This document shows, piece after piece, positions 9,869 to 16,598 of a DNA stretch of 57,603 nt (position 1 is the stretch's first letter; the number at the start of each line of letters is the position of its first letter). The translations under genes were made by a program, and so were the position numbers. The notes beneath the pieces are model-generated. The model worked only from the letters and a program-made list of their open reading frames with translations. It did no database searches and had not been told where the DNA came from. This DNA is from a virus. Its lineage: Duplodnaviria > Caudoviricetes. The DNA is taken from IMG/VR virus record IMGVR_UViG_3300032319_001187, positions 1 through 57,603 of that record; one strand, written 5' to 3'.

Positions 9869-10356
9869 TTGATTGGAATGACCCTAAATCAAAAATTTCA
9901 AAGTACTTTACCGTTAAGGAAGCTCTTTGGCTTTCCGAGCTAAACCGTTTAGCCGGACTTCCTGAAGACGATCTTACAGATGAGAAAAAAGCAAACCTAC
10001 AAAAAACCTTTGCTTGGATGGACAAAGTTAGGGAATGGATTGGAAAACCTATTAAGGTTACAATTGCGTTTAGGTCCCTGTCTTATCACCTTGATCTTTA
10101 TCGCAGGATTAATGAAAAACGCAAGGCACAGGGACAGCCGGAGCTAAGGGTTCCTATGAAATCCTCTCATCTTTTTGGGAACGCGGTAGATTTTGTTGTG
10201 ATTGGGATGGATTGCGATTCCGTTCGCCAAAAGATTTTAGACGAAAAGAAGCTAGAAGAGTGGAATCTTCGAATGGAAGACAATGGCAAAGGCGCTAACT
10301 GGGTTCATTTAGATGACAGAGCTGTTGGCCCCGGCGGAAGGTTTTTTAAACCTTAA
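9865..10356 (+). CDS. Peptidase M15A-like cell-wall hydrolase (candidate endolysin)
   Basis: SKYFTVKE, SSHLFGNAVDF (SxHxxGxAxD) and WVHLD zinc ligands. Confidence 0.85.
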   Translation: MIDWNDPKSKISKYFTVKEALWLSELNRLAGLPEDDLTDEKKANLQKTFAWMDKVREWIGKPIKVTIAFRSLSYHLDLYRRINEKRKAQGQPELRVPMKSSHLFGNAVDFVVIGMDCDSVRQKILDEKKLEEWNLRMEDNGKGANWVHLDDRAVGPGGRFFKP

Positions 10357-11261
10357 GACTCTTTTTTGTCCTTACCCATTAGATTGGCAAGAATTTCTTC
10401 GGACTTTTTTACTTTTTTGTAAAAAAGAAGTTTGGCTAGGGCTTTAGCGTGGGGACCTTTTAGTCCAAACTTTTCTTTGATCATATTGATCAAATGCTCT
10501 GCCCCGCTAAAATTATCTAGAGCTTCTCCCCCAACTTTCTTCATTTCCTTAATCAGAAGTTCTTTTGATAAAGCATTTGTCTGAGAGAGGGTGTTTGGAG
10601 CGCCTTGAAGGGTCTTCTTTAAAGGCTTAATTTTTTTTGACTCAGCGGCCTTTTCCATAATCAGAACCTGCTCTTGCTCTTCTGACTTAAAAATGGAAGA
10701 GCCTTTAAAAAAGCGTTCTTTTGCCGGAGGCGCTTCTTCTTGAGGTTCTGGCCTATCTAGCTGTTCTGCAACGGCTTTTTTGTTGCATGGGGCAATTGTA
10801 AGCGTTACTTTTCTAGCAATAGAGTGAGTAATTTCGTTATTTTTCTTTTCAAGCTTTGAGCCCTCAATAGAAAAATTGATCATGTTTTTTGTTTCAGCGC
10901 CTTCTTTGCGTTTTTGGGCGTCGTAACGAAGCATTGCAGCAATTTCTTGGGCCTGTTGATGGCCAACGCCGTCTAAAAGCTCCCCTACAATATAGAGAAA
11001 AGGGGCCTGGCATTTGTCCCAAAAGTACTTTTGGTGCGCATCTTCACAATCTGTTTCGTTAAAAATCTTCTTGGCCTTAATAATCTTTCCCACGGTTTGG
11101 GAGGGGGTGTCATTCTTATGCTCGTAATTAAGCGTTCCTTCGCCACGCTCAAGGGAGGAAATATCAATTCCCTTAACAATGAGTCTTTCGCCGCTTGAAT
11201 CCAGGTGTTCTGTAGCGGCGCAACCGTGAATTAATGTTCCTGAGCTAGGCGGTTTGTTCAT
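10353..11261 (-). CDS. Prohead (capsid maturation) protease, HK97/herpes-like fold
   Basis: G.AATEHLDSSGE, LNYEH..VGKI, FSIEG, VTLT..PCNKKA; adjacent to scaffold and capsid genes. Confidence 0.8.
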   Translation of the reverse strand: MNKPPSSGTLIHGCAATEHLDSSGERLIVKGIDISSLERGEGTLNYEHKNDTPSQTVGKIIKAKKIFNETDCEDAHQKYFWDKCQAPFLYIVGELLDGVGHQQAQEIAAMLRYDAQKRKEGAETKNMINFSIEGSKLEKKNNEITHSIARKVTLTIAPCNKKAVAEQLDRPEPQEEAPPAKERFFKGSSIFKSEEQEQVLIMEKAAESKKIKPLKKTLQGAPNTLSQTNALSKELLIKEMKKVGGEALDNFSGAEHLINMIKEKFGLKGPHAKALAKLLFYKKVKKSEEILANLMGKDKKES

Positions 11262-11278
11262 TTTAAGACCTTCTGTTG

Positions 11279-11287
11279 TAAAGATTG
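11279..11287 (-). promoter_or_regulatory. Candidate late-promoter motif CAATCTTTA upstream of the protease gene
   Basis: Minus-strand copy 17 nt upstream of the ATG at 11261. Confidence 0.6.
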
Positions 11288-11464
11288 TCTATCACAAAGA
11301 AGGCTTTAAATTTCAGCACTTTATTGAAAAAAAAGAGTTAAGTGTTTGTAATCATTATACTATGTGTAAAAACGGCAATAATAATAATATAAGGGCACAC
11401 TTTTGTCAAAAAAGTTACGCCTTTTATCTATTAACAAATAGAACCCTTATAAGGAGTCAAAAAA

Positions 11465-11938
11465 ATGGGATTTAAAAGCACTGCAAAAGCTGAGGCGCTA
11501 ATTCGCGACCTCCAAGAAAAACTAGACCTTCGTACTGCGGGATCTGGCTCGGGTCGTGTTAACGGCTCACGTAAGCTAAGAGATAGCGCAGATTGGCCAG
11601 CAATTATTCTTTCTCGTAGCGCCAACGAAGCCGCAGGTCAGCCTGCTATCGGCCTTCGTATTCGTGGCGTTGACGCTGTTTCAAAGGATATCTTTGGCGG
11701 ATCAATCGTAGCAGCAGCACCCCACGTTGCTGAAATTGCTTACGAACTTGACGCCTCTGGAAAGCCTCGTGCAAGCGCTCTCGACCTCGCTAAGGTGATG
11801 GTTGAGTATGCTCGCCTTGGTTGCCGTATTCAAGTTAAGGAGCTTGCTAACGGTACTGCCGTTACTCTCGCTAACATGGACGCCGCTTCTGCCGCTGAGG
11901 ACATCGATTGGTTGCAATGGCCTTCTAAGGGCGTTTAA
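11465..11938 (+). CDS. Hypothetical virion (head) protein
   Basis: 157 aa, AAGGAG RBS, codon usage like the capsid gene, first gene of the capsid operon. Confidence 0.7.
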   Translation: MGFKSTAKAEALIRDLQEKLDLRTAGSGSGRVNGSRKLRDSADWPAIILSRSANEAAGQPAIGLRIRGVDAVSKDIFGGSIVAAAPHVAEIAYELDASGKPRASALDLAKVMVEYARLGCRIQVKELANGTAVTLANMDAASAAEDIDWLQWPSKGV

Positions 11939-11964
11939 TAATTTACGCCTAAGGAGGTACAGTC

Positions 11965-12732
11965 ATGAATCTGACTCAAGAGCAATACGACAAACTTCTT
12001 GCCGATGTAGAGAAAGAGTTTTCTACTCTTCTTGCTAAGGCAGAAGAGCAAGCTGCTCAGCCTCTTGCCAAAGCCGAAGAAGCTAAAAGCGAAGAAGTTA
12101 AGGAAGAAATTAAATCCGAAGCTTCGGAGCAACAGCTAGAAAAGGCCGAAGACAAAGAGGAAGAGAAAAAAGAAGAAAAAGAAGAAGAGAAGAAAGACGA
12201 AGAGAAAAAAGAAGACGGCGAGCATTGCGACTATGACGACGAAGACAAGGAAGAAATGCACAAAATGTATCATTCCATGTCTAAGGGTGAACTAAAAGCT
12301 CATAAAGACACAGTCGAAAAATGCTGGATGGCTAAATGTGGTGAAATGCAAGTAATGAAGTCTGAAGAGCAATCTAAGACCGAAACTCTTGCTAAGCCAG
12401 AAGAAGCCAACAAGGAAGTCGAACTTCTTAAGTCTGAGTCTGAATCTCTTAAGAAAGAGAACGAGTCTCTTAAGAAAAACATCGAGCAGCTTACTGCCGC
12501 GATGACTTCTTTTATTACCAAAAAGGCCCCGGAACGTAAAGCCGTGACCGACATTGGCTTCATTGCAAAAAGCGAAGAATCCAAAGAAGAAACACTTTCA
12601 AAGGCAGAAATCGATAAGATTTTGTCAAAGAAGGCAACCGATCAGTCTTTGTCGAAGGGCGACCGAGATCTGATCAAAAACTACTACCTCAGCGGCGCAC
12701 CAGTTGAAACTGTTCGCCACCTGTTGAAGTAA
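11965..12732 (+). CDS. Capsid scaffolding protein
   Basis: E/K-rich coiled coil directly upstream of the capsid gene, with many LxK-[AS]-E motifs; AAGGAGG RBS. Confidence 0.75.
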   Translation: MNLTQEQYDKLLADVEKEFSTLLAKAEEQAAQPLAKAEEAKSEEVKEEIKSEASEQQLEKAEDKEEEKKEEKEEEKKDEEKKEDGEHCDYDDEDKEEMHKMYHSMSKGELKAHKDTVEKCWMAKCGEMQVMKSEEQSKTETLAKPEEANKEVELLKSESESLKKENESLKKNIEQLTAAMTSFITKKAPERKAVTDIGFIAKSEESKEETLSKAEIDKILSKKATDQSLSKGDRDLIKNYYLSGAPVETVRHLLK

Positions 12733-12757
12733 ACCAGAATAGTTAAGGAGCAAAAAA

Positions 12758-14143
12758 ATGGTTGAACAACTACAATCACTACTGAAAGCCCTGGAGGCAG
12801 GTAGCTACAACGCTGCTCCGAGCCAATTGGCTCAGGGTGCGGCGCTTCAGGTAGAAGATCTATCTCCAGTCATGCAAGTCGTTACTTTTGAAGACAAACA
12901 CATCAAGCTTCAAAAGTCACTCCAAGCAAAAGACTCTAAGTCTCAGCTTGTCCAATTTAATCGCCAGCTAGACTACGGTATCTTTGGCGGTTCCGCTCAA
13001 TATGAAGGCGGAGTCGGCGAAGAAGACACCTCAAGCTACGTCCGTGCGGTAGTGCCAATGGCCTACTACAGCACCGTTCGTCGCGTAACGGTTGCTGCGA
13101 ACATGATCGGTGCATTCGACGGCGTTAAAGCCGAAGAACGCGCTTCCGATGACGCTGCGAAGAAACTCGCTGCCGATATCGAATTCGATCTGTTCCACGG
13201 TCAGGCGCACTTCTCAAACGCTGGTGCGTTTGATGGTAACCCTGCTGTTATGGCGCAGCTTCCTAACATGATTGGTTTGGATGTCCAAATCCGTCAGTCG
13301 GACGCTCAGTCTAACGCTCAGGACCTCATGTTTGCTGAGTACGGTTCGGACCAATCTGTGGTTCTCCCCGTTCACGGCACCATGACCCAGTCAATCATTG
13401 AAGACGCGGCTGTCCGCTCGGCGATGAACATGGGCGCTGCTGACAAGCTTATGCTTGATCCAATCAGCATGGCTGCTTACAACAAGATCGCTCACGCTAA
13501 GGAACGTATCGTTCTCGCAGGCTCTCCTCAGGAAGCTTCGGGCGCGAACCTCCGCCAACAGTGGACTTCTTCGGCTATCGTTTCTCTCGAGCCTAGCCGT
13601 TTCCTCTCTGGTAAGACCAAGCCCGCTCGTAGCCGTGCTGGCGCCGCTGCAGCCCCTGCTGCTCCTGCGGTTGCTGACGCTGGCGCTGCTGGTTCACTTC
13701 TCTCTGCTGCTGCTTACGCTTATGTCGTAACGGCTGTTAACGAGCGCGGTGAGTCTGAGCGTTCTGCTTCGGCCTCTGTTACCCCTGCTGCCGCTGGCAA
13801 CAAGGTAACCGTGACCATCACTGCTGTGTCTGGCGCTAAGTACTACAACGTGTATCGTTCTGAAGCTGGTGGAGCTGCTGCTTCCGCCAAGTTCATCGGA
13901 CGTATCGCGCAAGGTGCTGGTAACCCAGTATTCACCGACCTTGGAGCTAAACTCCCTGGTTTCGTGACTGGCTACCTCCTCCAGATGGATACCTTCGGTC
14001 TTCATCAGATGGCTCCGTACAGCAAGTTGAAGCTGGCTATCAGCGACCTCTCGTTGCCTGAAGCGCACTTCCGTTTCCTCTGCTTGGCTGGTTACCAGCC
14101 CCGCAAGAACGTGGTGCTTGACGACATCAAGGGTCAGCTATAA
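12758..14143 (+). CDS. Major capsid protein (Herelleviridae/Twort-like) with an Fn3-like insertion
   Basis: 461 aa; N-terminal LLKALEAG...GAALQVEDLS; IEFDLFHG; Fn3-like YVVTAVNERGES...YYNVYRS; strong codon bias; followed by a terminator. Confidence 0.88.
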   Translation: MVEQLQSLLKALEAGSYNAAPSQLAQGAALQVEDLSPVMQVVTFEDKHIKLQKSLQAKDSKSQLVQFNRQLDYGIFGGSAQYEGGVGEEDTSSYVRAVVPMAYYSTVRRVTVAANMIGAFDGVKAEERASDDAAKKLAADIEFDLFHGQAHFSNAGAFDGNPAVMAQLPNMIGLDVQIRQSDAQSNAQDLMFAEYGSDQSVVLPVHGTMTQSIIEDAAVRSAMNMGAADKLMLDPISMAAYNKIAHAKERIVLAGSPQEASGANLRQQWTSSAIVSLEPSRFLSGKTKPARSRAGAAAAPAAPAVADAGAAGSLLSAAAYAYVVTAVNERGESERSASASVTPAAAGNKVTVTITAVSGAKYYNVYRSEAGGAAASAKFIGRIAQGAGNPVFTDLGAKLPGFVTGYLLQMDTFGLHQMAPYSKLKLAISDLSLPEAHFRFLCLAGYQPRKNVVLDDIKGQL

Positions 14144-14154
14144 TTTGTTAACCT

Positions 14155-14192
14155 AGGGGTGGGTAAAGCCTGGCTTTACTCGCCCCTTTTTT
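14155..14192 (+). terminator. Rho-independent terminator after the capsid gene
   Basis: GGGGTGGGTAAAGC-CTG-GCTTTACTCGCCCC followed by T6. Confidence 0.85.
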
Positions 14193-14208
14193 AGAAAGGA
14201 TACTTATT

Positions 14209-14505
14209 ATGGCACTTTCAGAAGATACCAAGAAACGACTTGTTATTGCTCTCACCGACGAAGCTGCTGGCCAAGAATTGGCCGATGCTGTTGATGCTGG
14301 TAGTAACCCAAAAGCGGCTACCGTAGCTGCTATTGGAACTACCGTCAACCTCCCTGCTGTTGCGGCTACTTTTGCTACTCTAGCCGACGCTAGGTCTGCA
14401 GTTGAAGCTCAACGCGCTGGCGCAGAGCCTCGTCTTGATGCTGTCGAGGCAAAAATTGACGCCATCCTTGCGGCTCTTAAGGCCGCAGGTTTGATGGCTT
14501 CTTAA
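14209..14505 (+). CDS. Small head decoration/head fibre-like protein
   Basis: 98 aa, Ala-rich, C-terminal KIDAILAALKAAGLMAS typical of head-fibre/decoration proteins. Confidence 0.6.
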   Translation: MALSEDTKKRLVIALTDEAAGQELADAVDAGSNPKAATVAAIGTTVNLPAVAATFATLADARSAVEAQRAGAEPRLDAVEAKIDAILAALKAAGLMAS

Positions 14506-14531
14506 TCCCCCAAATAGCTTCGGCTGTTTGT

Positions 14532-14568
14532 GCAAGGGCTCCTGGAAACGGGGGCCCTTTGCTTTTTT
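14532..14568 (+). terminator. Rho-independent terminator with GAAA tetraloop
   Basis: GCAAGGGCTCCTG-GAAA-CGGGGGCCCTTTGC-T6, preceded by a cTTCGg hairpin at 14511-14530. Confidence 0.85.
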
Positions 14569-15205
14569 ATAGCTTCAACTCTGACGCTAAAAACCTAGCA
14601 GAAAACTCAAGGTCTTTTAAGTCCCCTCGGTTGTCAATTGTAATATCAAAATCAGCGTTATCAAGATCTCTTTCACTTGGGTCAGAAGAGGGGGAGGAGT
14701 TAAATCGCTCTATTCTAACAGTAACTAGGTTTTGGTCGTTTTTTTCTGCAAACTCAACAATTTGCGTCATTTCTGAACCGTAACGCATATCGGTTAGAAC
14801 AACTTTTTCGTTTTTTGCAATTGTTTGTAAGGCCCTTTGTACCCAATACCTTGAATTTACTGATCTTTTTATAGAACCTTCTAAAATAGCCAAGGCTCGA
14901 GGGGTCCAAAAAGATGCCTGTCCAAGTTCTGGAACCTGCCCAGAAGCGGTTCTAAATTCTTTGTATAAAAAGTTTGTTATCATTTGAGAAAACCCGTCTT
15001 GGGGGTCAACTGGAAGATCAAGGATTGCCCGTTCTTTTTGGCTTGAATCATCAAGACTTTTGCGGCTAATCCCGTATTGTTCTGACACCATGTCCTTTAA
15101 AACGTCGGCAAAGGCCACCCGTCTAAATCCGTGGTTTTCTATCAAAAACTTTGCTAGGGTGTCTTTTCCAGAACCCTTCCAGCCTGAAAGCGCTATAATT
15201 GCCAT
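14567..15205 (-). CDS. Deoxynucleoside monophosphate kinase
   Basis: IIALSGWKGSGKDT P-loop, FADVLK, TPR, TDMRY..E, SE..LD. Confidence 0.88.
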   Translation of the reverse strand: MAIIALSGWKGSGKDTLAKFLIENHGFRRVAFADVLKDMVSEQYGISRKSLDDSSQKERAILDLPVDPQDGFSQMITNFLYKEFRTASGQVPELGQASFWTPRALAILEGSIKRSVNSRYWVQRALQTIAKNEKVVLTDMRYGSEMTQIVEFAEKNDQNLVTVRIERFNSSPSSDPSERDLDNADFDITIDNRGDLKDLEFSARFLASELKL

Positions 15206-15244
15206 AAATAAAATAACCTCCGTAGCTTAAGTTAAACGTCAGCC

Positions 15245-15304
15245 TCCGTTTTATGATAATATCATCCGTTTTATGATAATATCATCCGTTTTATGATAAT
15301 ATCA
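15245..15304. repeat. Three perfect tandem copies of the 20-bp unit TCCGTTTTATGATAATATCA
   Basis: Units at 15245, 15265 and 15285; each contains the inverted repeat TGATA-A-TATCA. Confidence 0.95.
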
Positions 15305-15324
15305 CAGTAGAAACCTAGAAGCAA
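15296..15324 (-). promoter_or_regulatory. Sigma70-like promoter of the dNMP kinase gene
   Basis: TTGCTT-17 nt-TATTAT with extended -10 TG. Confidence 0.6.
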
Positions 15325-15369
15325 GGGGTTTACGGCAATCTTAAACAGAGAAGCACAAGGAGTCGTAAA

Positions 15370-15756
15370 GTGAGATTATACGCCAAACCCATTAAGAATT
15401 ACGCAAACATAAACCAGTTTGATTACGCCTCTGAGTGGACTATTCGCCAAGGCGAGGCAAACACTTTGCATTTTCAGCTTGTAGATGCCGATCAAGATAA
15501 CCTAAGATATCTTACTTCGGACGGAACCGCTACCGTTCAAGTCACGTTTCCGGCTGTTAATTCGGCTAACATTATTTCAAAAGCCGCTGCTCAAGTAAGC
15601 TCTTTAGACCGCTCTATTTGGTCGGTTTCTTTGCTTTCTACTGAAATTCCTGCTTCTGGAAACGTTCAAATTGCGGTTACCGAAAACGGTTCAACCCGAC
15701 GTTTTAGTCTTTTGCAGGGGCTTATTGTTGAGCTGATTAATGCTGGGGGCTGTTAA
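15370..15756 (+). CDS. Hypothetical virion protein (beta-sandwich-like)
   Basis: 128 aa, GTG start with AAGGAG, preceded by CAATCTTAAA at 15336. Confidence 0.6.
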   Translation: MRLYAKPIKNYANINQFDYASEWTIRQGEANTLHFQLVDADQDNLRYLTSDGTATVQVTFPAVNSANIISKAAAQVSSLDRSIWSVSLLSTEIPASGNVQIAVTENGSTRRFSLLQGLIVELINAGGC

Positions 15757-16589
15757 TGAGCGACTACACAAAGGGTACAAAAGGTTTTGACACTACAATT
15801 TACCCCGTACACGCAAATGGGACCTCCGGTTTACTCAAGCGTGTAGAGCCTCTTCTTACCCCAGCAAAGCTTAAAAGCCGTTATCTTAAGGGAATCATAG
15901 AAAGGCTTCCTGCCGGAGTGACTTTTAGCGACGAAGAACTTAAGGACCGAATTAACCTGGCTACAAACGAGCTTGAGCTTTTGCTTGGCGTGCCTGTATT
16001 TGCAGAACAGTTTAGAGAAAAACCAGCTTTTGATTACAACCTTTACAAAAGTTTTATTCACATTCGGGCACAACAGGGTCCAATTATTACAATCGAAGAC
16101 CTCGCTATTGTTTCGGCAAACAAACAAAACATCTTTAGAATCCCCGCCGACTGGGTTGAGACGGCAAACTTTCACGAAAGACTAATCAACGTTATTCCCT
16201 TGCTTGCGGCTTACGGCGTAAACACCATTGAGGGCGCGGTTGGTAATGCGGGTATTGCGTTTCTTACCGTTTTAGGCGGCCTTGGCTGGGTTCCCGCCTA
16301 TTGGCAAATTACTTATACAGCCGGGGTGTGCGCAAGTGCCGGCCAGGTTCCAATCCCTGTAAACGAGCTAATTGGATGCATTGCAACAATTAACTTACTT
16401 AGTACGGTTGCGCCAAACAACGCTAATACCTCTGTAAGCCTTAGTCAAGACGGGATCGGGCAATCGAGTAGCAACCCAGGGCCACAAATTTTTGTGCAAA
16501 GAATTCAAGAGCTAGAAGCTAAAAAACAAGCTCTAATTGGACAACTCAAACGAGTCTTCTCTCGTAAGGTGTTCTTGTCAAATATTTAG
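15756..16589 (+). CDS. Head-tail adaptor/neck protein (putative)
   Basis: 277 aa; ITYTAG...IP, SLSQDGIGQS patterns of myovirus head-completion proteins; downstream of capsid. Confidence 0.6.
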   Translation: MSDYTKGTKGFDTTIYPVHANGTSGLLKRVEPLLTPAKLKSRYLKGIIERLPAGVTFSDEELKDRINLATNELELLLGVPVFAEQFREKPAFDYNLYKSFIHIRAQQGPIITIEDLAIVSANKQNIFRIPADWVETANFHERLINVIPLLAAYGVNTIEGAVGNAGIAFLTVLGGLGWVPAYWQITYTAGVCASAGQVPIPVNELIGCIATINLLSTVAPNNANTSVSLSQDGIGQSSSNPGPQIFVQRIQELEAKKQALIGQLKRVFSRKVFLSNI

Positions 16590-16598
16590 GAGCGGACT

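Noticed and set aside
11254-11475. 73-aa ORF in the protease/capsid-operon spacer
   Set aside because: TTG start, no RBS, AT-rich low-complexity sequence; more plausibly a divergent regulatory region.
15245-15304. Mini-CRISPR array
   Set aside because: The 20-bp repeats are directly adjacent with no spacers.
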